DNA of 17,358 bases from Candidatus Eiseniibacteriota bacterium (GCA_031366795.1 JANLOX010000030.1:1-17358), one strand, 5' to 3'; shown: positions 1 to 8,746, counted from the first letter of the stretch. Notes: generated from the sequence alone by a model not told the origin. A program made the numbers and translations.

Positions 1-10
1 CGCTACCCGC

Positions 11-29
11 TATTGCTTCCCCAGCAATA
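11..29. repeat. Perfect inverted repeat TATTGCT-N5-AGCAATA (possible regulator binding site or hairpin)
   Basis: TATTGCT (11-17) and AGCAATA (23-29) are exact reverse complements. It is AT-rich in a GC-rich genome and lies in non-coding DNA upstream of the polysaccharide genes. Function is inferred. Confidence 0.45.
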
Positions 30-359
30 TCTGTGATTGTCGTCGACTTACTGCCCCTTCCCAAAGATCACCCATACGTGCATTGCGGGTTCGGTATGCC
101 TTGTCCTGACTACTCCCGGGCGAAGCCTTCCGAGTGCCCCCGCAAACTGGGAAGCGAACACGTCAGTCCTCGCCAATGGGTTCGAATCAGTCGAACGCGG
201 CGTCATGGACTCGGCGCGGCAGTCTCCCAAACGGATCGAAACGATCGGCGTTCAATCGTCGAGGGCAGGAGCCGACAGATGAACCACCTAGGGCTCCTCC
301 TCACGACGGAAACCACGCCGGCTTTGCAACCCGCGTAGCTTCGCCAGGAGTCTCCCCCC

Positions 360-1421
<1,062 letters not shown>

Positions 1422-1448
1422 ACGGCGTGCGCATGATGGAATCACATC

Positions 1449-1481
1449 CTCCGGGGTCCGCAAGGACCCCGGAGTTGCTTT
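1449..1481 (+). terminator. Probable intrinsic terminator
   Basis: Perfect 11-bp stem CTCCGGGGTCC (1449-1459)/GGACCCCGGAG (1464-1474) with a GCAA (GNRA) tetraloop, followed by TTGCTTT, 28 nt after the stop at 1421. The U-tract is imperfect. Confidence 0.7.
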
Positions 1482-1559
1482 GGTGCCGGATGCGCGTGCA
1501 ATCGTACCCGCGCGCCGGTCGCGGCGTGACGGGTTCGCGGCGCGGGGCCTGAGGCGCAC

Positions 1560-2756
1560 ATGCCCAGCGAACCCTTCCGCATAGCGGCTGTGTGGAGCCG
1601 CGAGCACACCGGCGCCGTCGGCCGATCGCCGACCGTGCGCAGCATCTTGAAGGCGATGCACCGCATCGGCTCGCTCGAGGAACACGTGCTCTCGACCGTA
1701 CTCGAGCCGCGCTCGCTCGGCGGCATCGCGCGCGCCGGCGCATGGGCTGCGGGCTCGCTCATGCAGGGCCGACCGCTCTCGCTGCAGACGGTGCTGTTCG
1801 CCGACTCTTCCAAGAACGACGCGCTCGCCGACACGCTCATGCGCTGCAACCCGGATGTCATCTATCTCGACGGTGTCCGCACCTACCCGCTGTTCCTCGC
1901 ACTCGCGAAGCGCAAGCCGCGGCGCGTCATCGTCGACTTCGACGACCTGATGTCGCGGCGCATGGATGAGTTCGGCAGCAGCGGCGTCGTCCCGCTCGGC
2001 TACGTGGAGAAGTCGCTGCCCGGCTGGGCGCGCACGCTCGCGAATCCGCAGGCGCTGGGCCGCGCAGTCTTGGGCTACGAGCGCGGCATGCTCGCTTCCG
2101 TCGAGCGAAGGATGACGACGTGCTCGGACGGCGTCGTGCTCGTTTCCTCGGTCGACGCCGCCCTGCTCAACGAGGGCCTGTCTCCCGCGGCGCGCGAGAA
2201 GGTGTGGGTCATCCCGCCGTGCGTGGACGTCGTCCAGCCCGTGCCGCAGCCCGGGGCGCCACCGCGCTTCGTGTTCATCGGCTCGGACCGCCAGTCCCAG
2301 AACCGGCTGACGATCAGCTACCTGCACGCTTTGTGGGACAAAGTGCGGCCCTCGGCGACATTGGTTATTGCGGGGCCGATGGTGAGAGATTGGCCGCCGG
2401 TGCCCAATGTGGTGTTCAGCGGCTGGATCGAGAATACTGCGGAGTTGTACGAGCCGGGCTCCATCATGATCACCCCGTCGTTCATCCGGGGCGGCATCAA
2501 AACCAAGGTGCTGCAGGCCTTTGCGCACGGTTGTCCGGCCGTCGGCAACGACGCGACATTTGAGGGGATGGGCCTCGAGGGGTATCCCTTCTGTTTCAAC
2601 ACGGACGATCAGTTGGAAGTATTTATTGCCGATCTTCCCCAGCAGGCCGGCCGCTTGCATGAGGCGGCGGTCGCCGGACAGCAGTACTTGCGCGAACGCT
2701 TCAGCCGCGAAGGGTTCGAACTGGCTTGGAAACGGGCCCTCACGGGAGTCCATTGA
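1560..2756 (+). CDS. Glycosyltransferase, GT-B fold (GT4-like)
   Basis: 398 aa. VIVDFDDLMS, VWVIPPCVD, FVFIGS...QN, VVFSGWI and TPSFIRGGIKTKVLQAFAHGCPAV (GT4-type donor-binding region). GAGG RBS at 1551-1554. An in-frame stop at 1527-1529 fixes the ATG. Lies between a nucleotide-sugar enzyme and a priming transferase. Confidence 0.8.
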   Translation: MPSEPFRIAAVWSREHTGAVGRSPTVRSILKAMHRIGSLEEHVLSTVLEPRSLGGIARAGAWAAGSLMQGRPLSLQTVLFADSSKNDALADTLMRCNPDVIYLDGVRTYPLFLALAKRKPRRVIVDFDDLMSRRMDEFGSSGVVPLGYVEKSLPGWARTLANPQALGRAVLGYERGMLASVERRMTTCSDGVVLVSSVDAALLNEGLSPAAREKVWVIPPCVDVVQPVPQPGAPPRFVFIGSDRQSQNRLTISYLHALWDKVRPSATLVIAGPMVRDWPPVPNVVFSGWIENTAELYEPGSIMITPSFIRGGIKTKVLQAFAHGCPAVGNDATFEGMGLEGYPFCFNTDDQLEVFIADLPQQAGRLHEAAVAGQQYLRERFSREGFELAWKRALTGVH

Positions 2757-4213
2757 GAATCGTGGCGTTGCCGGTCGAACAGTGGAAACCCATCGCGCAG
2801 CCACTGCCGTGGCGCGGGTTCTCGGTGTGGGCGACGACGCTGCTGTGCGCGTTGTCGGACACCGTGGCACTCGGGCTCGCCTCGCTGATCGGCTTCCGCT
2901 TCTGGGAACTCATGTACCCGGTGGTCGATTCGCCCTACGACCGCGCCTGGGCAGTGGTGGTGTTGGGCGCCGCCGTGAACACACTGCTGCGGCTGTACCC
3001 GGGTTCAGGACTGGGTCCCGTCGAGACGCTGCGTCGCACCACGCTCTCCTGCACCATCGTGCACTTGCTGCTCAACGCCGCGCTGATCGCCACGAGCGAG
3101 GACTCCGCCGCCTCGCGCGGCGCGTTCCTGGTCTCGTGGTCGCTCGCCATCGTGCTGATGCCCAGCGGCCGCGCACTGATGACCGCGTGGTTCGCGCGCC
3201 GCACCTGGTGGGGCGTCCCAGTGATCGTGCTGGGAGCGGGGCGCACGGGCAAGCTCGTGCTGCGCCAGGCGCGCGAGAACCTGAGCCTGGGTCTCAAGCC
3301 CGTCGCCTGCTTCGATGACGATACGGCCAAGCATGGCGTGTGCGAAGGCGTGCCCGTGCTCGGCTCGCTCAAGGATGCCGTGGAGTTCGGCCGCAACCGC
3401 CGCGTGGGCTACGCCATCGTCGCCATGCCGGGAGTCGCGCGCCACGAGTTGATGGAATTGCTCGGCCACTGGTCGACCGTGTTCTCGCACGTCGTCGTCA
3501 TTCCGGATTTGTTCGGCATGACCACGCTGGGCATCTCGCCGATCGACCTCGGCGGAATCCTCGGCCTCGAGATCCGCTATAACCTGCTCAATCCCGTCAA
3601 CCGCTGGTGCAAGCGCCTGTTCGATATCCTGGTCGCAGCAGTGCTGACGGTACTCGTGATGCCGCTGTTGCTGCTGTGCGCGCTGGCCATCACCGTCGTG
3701 AGCCCGGGGCCCTTCCTGTTTACGCAGGAGCGCGAAGGCGAGCGCGGCCGCAAGATCAAGGTCTATAAGCTGCGCACCATGTACCGCGACGCCGAGGCGC
3801 TGCTCAAGACCCACCTCGCGAGTCACCCCGAAGCGCAGGATGAATGGGACCGCTTCTGCAAGCTCAAGAAGGACCCGCGCGTGCTCCCCGGCGTCGGCCA
3901 CTTCCTGCGTCGCACCAGCCTCGACGAGTTGCCGCAGCTGTGGAACATCATCCTCGGCGAGATGAGTCTCGTGGGCCCGCGTCCGTTCCCCGCCTACCAC
4001 AACGAACGCTTCGACGCCGCATTCCACGACCTGCGGCTCCGCGTCACGCCAGGGCTCACCGGCCTGTGGCAGGTCTCCGCGCGTAGCGACGGCGACCTCA
4101 CCGTGCAGGCCGAGCTCGACTCGTACTACATCCGCAACTGGTCGATCTGGCTCGACGCCTACATCTTGGTGCGTACGGCCGGCGTGGTGCTAATGTCCAA
4201 GGGCGCATACTGA
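2753..4213 (+). CDS. Undecaprenyl-phosphate sugar phosphotransferase (WbaP/WcaJ-type priming glycosyltransferase)
   Basis: N-terminal hydrophobic helices, central VLGAGRTG Rossmann-like domain, and a C-terminal Bac_transf domain ([57 protein letters not shown]). Start placed at TTG 2753, which overlaps the upstream stop (TTGA) and has GGAG at 2745-2748. The ORF track start at 2726 is an alternative. Confidence 0.9.
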   Translation: MRIVALPVEQWKPIAQPLPWRGFSVWATTLLCALSDTVALGLASLIGFRFWELMYPVVDSPYDRAWAVVVLGAAVNTLLRLYPGSGLGPVETLRRTTLSCTIVHLLLNAALIATSEDSAASRGAFLVSWSLAIVLMPSGRALMTAWFARRTWWGVPVIVLGAGRTGKLVLRQARENLSLGLKPVACFDDDTAKHGVCEGVPVLGSLKDAVEFGRNRRVGYAIVAMPGVARHELMELLGHWSTVFSHVVVIPDLFGMTTLGISPIDLGGILGLEIRYNLLNPVNRWCKRLFDILVAAVLTVLVMPLLLLCALAITVVSPGPFLFTQEREGERGRKIKVYKLRTMYRDAEALLKTHLASHPEAQDEWDRFCKLKKDPRVLPGVGHFLRRTSLDELPQLWNIILGEMSLVGPRPFPAYHNERFDAAFHDLRLRVTPGLTGLWQVSARSDGDLTVQAELDSYYIRNWSIWLDAYILVRTAGVVLMSKGAY

Positions 4214-4241
4214 GGCGCTTCGCCGCACCCTCAGGTCGCGG

Positions 4242-4270
4242 TTCAGGAATCCCCCCGATTACGGTATAGT
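4242..4270 (+). promoter_or_regulatory. Putative sigma70-type promoter for khpA-rimM-trmD
   Basis: TTCAGG (4242-4247) - 17 bp - TATAGT (4265-4270) in the intergenic gap. The -10 is strong and the -35 weak. Confidence 0.55.
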
Positions 4271-4340
4271 GCCGGTTCGCCCGGACCGGGCGCTCCACGG
4301 GGTCAAACCCCGCGATTCCCACACACGCGAGTGAGTCGAC

Positions 4341-4805
4341 ATGTCCGACGCGAACCAGACCAACGATCAGGCCCAGTGGGGCCGTCCGACCAAGCGCAAG
4401 AACAAGGGTGTCAAGGCAACGCCGCTCGGCGAGGTCCCGGCACCTGTTGTGGGCATCGTGGAACACGAGGTCGATCCCGCCCAGGCGGCCGTGATCATTC
4501 GCAACACCAACCCGCCCAAGGCGCCGGCGTACGCGCCGAGCCGCCGTGAGCCCGACGAGACCGATCTCAAGCTGCGCGATCTCGTCACGCACATCGCCCG
4601 CGGCTTGGTGGATCACCCGGATGACGTGTCGGTCGAGTTCCTGGCGGTGACGCCCGCCGAGACTTCGATGGAGCTGCGCGTGTTCCCGGATGACTTGGGC
4701 CACGTGATCGGCAAGCTGGGCCGCACCGCGGGTTCCGTTCGCCTCACGCTGGGGGCCGCGGCCACCAAAATGGGCCGGCGCGCCAATCTCGAAATCGCCG
4801 ACTGA
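4341..4805 (+). CDS. khpA: KH-domain RNA-binding protein KhpA (YlqC family) with about 70 aa N-terminal extension
   Basis: The C-terminal ~80 aa (LRDLVTHIARGLVDHPDDVSV...ELRVFPDDLGHVIGKLGRTAGSVR...LEIAD) match KhpA with its GxxG loop. Canonical position directly upstream of rimM-trmD. Start codon less certain. Confidence 0.88.
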   Translation: MSDANQTNDQAQWGRPTKRKNKGVKATPLGEVPAPVVGIVEHEVDPAQAAVIIRNTNPPKAPAYAPSRREPDETDLKLRDLVTHIARGLVDHPDDVSVEFLAVTPAETSMELRVFPDDLGHVIGKLGRTAGSVRLTLGAAATKMGRRANLEIAD

Positions 4806-4855
4806 TCGCCGCTCACACCGAGCCCCGCCAGGGAGCACTCGGGTGAGCCCGATCA
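4803..4855 (+). other. Long GC-rich stem-loop between khpA and rimM
   Basis: TGATCG(4803-08)/CGATCA(4850-55), GCTCAC(4811-16)/GTGAGC(4843-48) and CCGAG(4818-22)/CTCGG(4838-42) stack into one 17-bp interrupted hairpin. No U-tract follows. Confidence 0.55.
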
Positions 4856-4877
4856 ACTTCCGACCAGGAGCCGCGTT

Positions 4878-5384
4878 ATGGCCAGTGTAAGGATCGGCCG
4901 CGTCGGCCGTCCCCACGGCCTGCACGGACACCTGCTCGTCGACGAATGCCCGCTCACGCCCGCAGAACTGGCGGCGCTGGGCAACGTCACGTGGCGGAGC
5001 AGTAAGGGGGAGGAGCGCCCCGTCACGATTCTCGAGGCCAAGCCGATGATGGCCAAGATCCTCGTGCACTTCAAAGGCTTCGACGCGCGCGTGGCCTCGA
5101 GCGAACTCGTGCTCGGCGAATTGATGGTCGAGCAGGAGCGGTTGCCTGACCCAGGCCCGGGCGTGGCGTATGCATTCCAGCTGATCGGCATGACCGTCGA
5201 GACCACGAAACAGCGGCAGTTGGGCGCGCTCGAGTCCATCGTTCAAACCGGCGCCAACCCGATCTACATCGTGCAGGGCGAGCGCGAGTGGCTGATCCCC
5301 GCCACTGCTGATGTCGTGAAGCACGTCGACTTCGCGAAACGCGTGATCACCGTGGCGCTGCCGGTTGGGTTGGAAGAGATCTAG
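4878..5384 (+). CDS. rimM: 16S rRNA processing protein RimM
   Basis: 168 aa. IGRVGRPHGLHG N-terminal motif, YAFQLIGMTV, TGANPIYIV and WLIPA PRC-barrel features. AGGAG RBS at 4866-4870. Lies between khpA and trmD. Confidence 0.93.
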   Translation: MASVRIGRVGRPHGLHGHLLVDECPLTPAELAALGNVTWRSSKGEERPVTILEAKPMMAKILVHFKGFDARVASSELVLGELMVEQERLPDPGPGVAYAFQLIGMTVETTKQRQLGALESIVQTGANPIYIVQGEREWLIPATADVVKHVDFAKRVITVALPVGLEEI

Positions 5385-5404
5385 CTCCCCGCGGCTCGAC
5401 TCCC

Positions 5405-6151
5405 ATGCGCATCTCCGTCCTCACCATCTTCCCCGACTTCTTCACCGGTGCCCTTACCGAAGGAATGGTGCGTGAGGCGCGCGAGAAGGGTGTGCTCGAG
5501 GTGAACGCGGTCAACCTGCGCGACTTCACGTTCGACTCGCATCGCACCACCGATGACTACCCGTTCGGCGGGGGCGTGGGGATGGTGATGAAGGTGGAGC
5601 CGATTGATCGCGCGCTTGAGTCGCTCGCGATCGGCACCCCCGGGGCGCGGCCTGCGCGGACGCGAGTGGCGTTGTTCTCGCCGCAGGGGCGGCGCTTCGA
5701 CCAGGCGTGCGCGCTCGAGTACGCAGCGCTCGAACACATCGTACTGCTGTGCGGGCGCTACAAGGGGATCGACGAGCGTGTGCGCGAGAACCTGGTCGAC
5801 GAAGAACTCTCGATCGGCGACTTCATTCTCGCGGGCGGCGAGCCTGCGGCCATGTGCGTGATCGATGCGGTGGCGCGGTTGCTGCCGGGTGTCGTCGGCG
5901 CGTTTGATTCCGTCGAGAGCGACTCGTTCCACTCAGGGTTGCTCGATTGCGCCTACTACACGCGTCCGGCGGAGTACCGCGGCTGGAAGGTGCCGGACGT
6001 CCTGCTGTCCGGTCACCATGCCATGATCGCCCGCGCGCGCCGCGAGGAGGTGCTGCGCCGCACGTTCGAACGGCGGCCCGACCTGCTCGACTACGACAAG
6101 CTGAGCCGCGAAGACCAGCTGTACATCGAAGGGCTCAAGCGCCGCTCTTGA
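5405..6151 (+). CDS. trmD: tRNA (guanine-N1)-methyltransferase TrmD
   Basis: MRISVLTIFP, DDYPFGGGVGMVMK, SPQG, LLCGRYKGIDERV, LSIGDFILAGGE, YTRP and VPDVLLSGHH motifs. Synteny with rimM. Confidence 0.97.
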   Translation: MRISVLTIFPDFFTGALTEGMVREAREKGVLEVNAVNLRDFTFDSHRTTDDYPFGGGVGMVMKVEPIDRALESLAIGTPGARPARTRVALFSPQGRRFDQACALEYAALEHIVLLCGRYKGIDERVRENLVDEELSIGDFILAGGEPAAMCVIDAVARLLPGVVGAFDSVESDSFHSGLLDCAYYTRPAEYRGWKVPDVLLSGHHAMIARARREEVLRRTFERRPDLLDYDKLSREDQLYIEGLKRRS

Positions 6152-6176
6152 GTTTCGCCCGCGCTGGCGCGCGTCC

Positions 6177-7667
6177 TCAGTGCTTGGCCGCCGGTGCCCC
6201 TCCACCGACACGCGCGAAGTCGATGAACCCTCGTTCGGCGTCCGTGTGCACCAGCTTCACGCGCACGCGATCGCCGACGTCGAGGCCCACGTGCCCCTGC
6301 TCGATGCGGCCCTCGACCGGTGGCGAGAACACGCGCACCCAGGTGCCCTTGTCGCCGGCACCCGTCACGAGGCCGTCGTACTCTTCGCCGATGTGCGAGG
6401 CGAGCATGCACGCGGCGGCCGACTTGCGCAGCAGGCGTTCGACCTTTTGCGCGGCGTCCTGTTGCTGCGTGCAGTGCGTAGCGAGCGCGGTCAGTGCAGG
6501 GGGCGTGTAGGGCGCGGCGGTCTTGGCGATCGCGGATTTCACGAGGCGCTGTGTGATGAGATCGGGATAGCGCCGGTTGGGCGCGGTCGAGTGCGTGTAC
6601 TCGCTGACGGCGAGCCCGAAGTGTCCGGTGACGCCTTGGCCCGGGAAGGTGGCGACGTATTCACCCTTGCCCATCAGCTTGATCACCGACAGCGACAGGT
6701 CGGGGAAGCGATCCGGGTCCGCAGCGCGCCTCGCGAGCAGGAACGCGTTGAGTGCCGGGGCATCCGGTGTCGCGGGCAATGCGCCGCCCAATGTCTTGGC
6801 CAATTCGACGATGCGGCTCCAGCGCTCGGGGGAATTCACGACGCGGCGCAGCACGGGCATGTTGTTGCTCTCGAGGAACTGCGCGATCGTGCCGTTGGCG
6901 GCGATCATGAAGTCCTCGATGAGTTCCTTGGCGCGGTTGCGCAGGTCGGCCTCGAGGCCACTGACAGTGTCGCCGTCGAACTGGGCGTGCACCTCGATGG
7001 TGTCGAGTTCGAGCGCGCCGTGCTCGTGACGCCGCGTCTTCAACTTCTGCGCGACGGCATCCTGGAGCTTGAGGTTGTCGCCGAGCCCGGGCACAGCCGC
7101 GGCGGCCGCGGGCAGTTCGCCTTGGCCCTCGAGCCATGCGCCGAGGCCGCGATAGGCGAGCTTCGCGTGATTGAACACGCGGGCCTGGAACACACGCGAC
7201 GCGGTGACGGCTCCGCTGGCATCGATGGTCATCTCGACGACAAGGCTGAGCCTTTCTTCACCCGCGTTAAGTGACGTGAGGTCGGTGCTCAGCCGTTCGG
7301 GCAACATCGGGAAGTTGCGCGGCGGCGTATAGACGGACGTCGTGTTGATCGCGGCGTGCCCATCGAGCGCGCTGCCCGGGGTGACCGCGGCGCTCACGTC
7401 CGCGACGGCAATCATGATCTTCGCGGCGCCGCCCGGTAGCGCTTCCGCCACGGTCAGTTGGTCGAGATCGCGCGAGTCATCGTTGTCGATCGAGCACCAC
7501 ACCAGCGCGCGCCGGTCGGTGGCGCCGGCGCCGTTCGCGTTTTCGGTGAGCGCCTCGGCCTCCTTGATCGCCGCGGGCGGGAAGTCGGGCTGCAGTCCAT
7601 GCTCGATCATCGCCCTGCGCGCCACGCGCAACAGCAGTTCGCGCTGGCCTTCGGGTGCGTTGCTCAT
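6177..7667 (-). CDS. RNB-domain exoribonuclease (RNase II/R family, short form lacking N-terminal cold-shock domains)
   Basis: 496 aa. Acidic metal-binding loop SIDNDDSRDLDQL, AVADV, TSVY...FPMLPERLS, LIEDFMIAAN, HFGLA..YTHSTAPNRRYPDLITQR, and a C-terminal S1-like domain. Confidence 0.92.
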   Translation of the reverse strand: MSNAPEGQRELLLRVARRAMIEHGLQPDFPPAAIKEAEALTENANGAGATDRRALVWCSIDNDDSRDLDQLTVAEALPGGAAKIMIAVADVSAAVTPGSALDGHAAINTTSVYTPPRNFPMLPERLSTDLTSLNAGEERLSLVVEMTIDASGAVTASRVFQARVFNHAKLAYRGLGAWLEGQGELPAAAAAVPGLGDNLKLQDAVAQKLKTRRHEHGALELDTIEVHAQFDGDTVSGLEADLRNRAKELIEDFMIAANGTIAQFLESNNMPVLRRVVNSPERWSRIVELAKTLGGALPATPDAPALNAFLLARRAADPDRFPDLSLSVIKLMGKGEYVATFPGQGVTGHFGLAVSEYTHSTAPNRRYPDLITQRLVKSAIAKTAAPYTPPALTALATHCTQQQDAAQKVERLLRKSAAACMLASHIGEEYDGLVTGAGDKGTWVRVFSPPVEGRIEQGHVGLDVGDRVRVKLVHTDAERGFIDFARVGGGAPAAKH

Positions 7668-8512
7668 CGTGGTGCCTCCGGTGTGGGGGACGGCCCAGTC
7701 TTGTTCGCGTGTTTGCCATGCGTGTGTCGCGGCGTGACCGAACGGGCCAGCGCGGGTTCACTGCCATCGCCATCGGCGCCCAGGTGTTCGCGCAATGTCG
7801 CGAGCGCCTCGGCGGGCGTGTCGACGTAATGGATCAGCTTGAGGTCGTCCGGCGAGATCATGCCGTGACGCGCCAGGGCTTCGATGTTCAGGATCTCGCG
7901 CCAGTACGTCGAGCCATAGAGCAGGATCACGATCGGCCTGTCCAACTTACCGGTCTGCGACAACGTGAGCAGTTCGGTCAGCTCATCGAGCGTGCCGAAG
8001 CCGCCCGGGAAGGCGACGATCGCGCGCGCGAGGTGGGCGAACCAAAGTTTGCGCATGAAGAAGTAGTGAAACTGGAACGACAGACCCGCGCTGAGATACG
8101 GGTTCGGGCGCTGCTCGTGCGGCAGGCCGATGTTAAAGCCGATAGTGCGCCCGCCGGCCTCCAGCGCGCCGCGATTCGCCGCCTCCATGATGCCCCCGCC
8201 GCCGCCGGTCGTGACGAGCAGGCGCCGCGCGGTGCTGCTCAGGCGCATGCTCCACTCGGTGACGAGTCGCGCCAGTTCGCGCGCCTCGGCGTAGTAGCGG
8301 CCGAGCGCTCCGTCCTCACGCAGGCGCGCCGAGCCGAAGAACACGATCGTGTCGTGCACGTGCTGCAGGCGCAACGCGCGCAAGGGCTGCAGGTACTCGG
8401 TGATAATGCGAATGGGTCGTCCCTCGTCGCTGTCGAGGAACGCGTCGTCGCGGTAGGCGAGCGGGGGACCGGCGGCGGGCTCCGGTGAGGGGGGCAGCGG
8501 TGGCGATGCCAT
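7664..8512 (-). CDS. LOG family protein (nucleotide 5'-monophosphate phosphoribohydrolase, TIGR00730-like Rossmann fold)
   Basis: IVFFGSAR, TGGGGGIMEAANRGA, IGLPHEQRPNPY, FHYFFMRKLWF and the signature PGGFGTLDE. Start moved to ATG at 8512 (GGAG RBS on the minus strand), giving 282 aa. Its stop overlaps the RNB start (ATGA, 7664-7667). Confidence 0.92.
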   Translation of the reverse strand: MASPPLPPSPEPAAGPPLAYRDDAFLDSDEGRPIRIITEYLQPLRALRLQHVHDTIVFFGSARLREDGALGRYYAEARELARLVTEWSMRLSSTARRLLVTTGGGGGIMEAANRGALEAGGRTIGFNIGLPHEQRPNPYLSAGLSFQFHYFFMRKLWFAHLARAIVAFPGGFGTLDELTELLTLSQTGKLDRPIVILLYGSTYWREILNIEALARHGMISPDDLKLIHYVDTPAEALATLREHLGADGDGSEPALARSVTPRHTHGKHANKTGPSPTPEAPR

Positions 8513-8655
8513 GAAGTCTCCCGTAATGTGCGCGTCCAGAACGAGCGGGCGGTGGAGCGGGCATCCTAGCTGTCGGACGGCGGGGCACCTACTGCGGCCC
8601 CAGTATCTGGCCGCAACTGCCATTTCCACGGAGCTTTCCGGACATTTTTCCGGTT

Positions 8656-8684
8656 TTGAGAATCCCCCGATCCTCGCTTATACT
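8656..8684 (+). promoter_or_regulatory. Putative sigma70-type promoter for the rplS operon
   Basis: TTGAGA (8656-8661) - 17 bp - TATACT (8679-8684), preceded by a T-rich tract. AAAGGAG RBS at 8733-8739. Confidence 0.7.
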
Positions 8685-8746
8685 GCTCTGCCGTCATTGA
8701 ACGCAGGGCACTTAACGCCCTATGCATAGCCGAAAGGAGCCCACTC

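Noticed and set aside
127..154. TGCCCCCGCAAACTG resembling part of a cobalamin riboswitch
   Set aside because: No upstream AGGGAA element or downstream B12 box, and the downstream gene is unrelated to B12.
176..192. GGGTTCGAATC resembling a tRNA T-loop
   Set aside because: The flanks do not form a 5-bp T-stem, and no acceptor, D or anticodon arms can be built.
226..256. CAAAC-GGATC-GAAA-CGATC resembling the c-di-GMP-I riboswitch P2 arm
   Set aside because: The GGCAAAC and GACGCAAAG-type flanks and the P3 arm are absent, so the match is too partial to call.
8513..8629. ORF-track N-terminal extension of the LOG protein
   Set aside because: ATG 8512 has an RBS and LOG-like sequence begins after it. 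The extension runs through the divergent promoter region.
6152..8650. LOG-RNB insertion as a mobile element
   Set aside because: No transposase or integrase, no terminal repeats or target-site duplication seen, and composition looks like the flanking genes.
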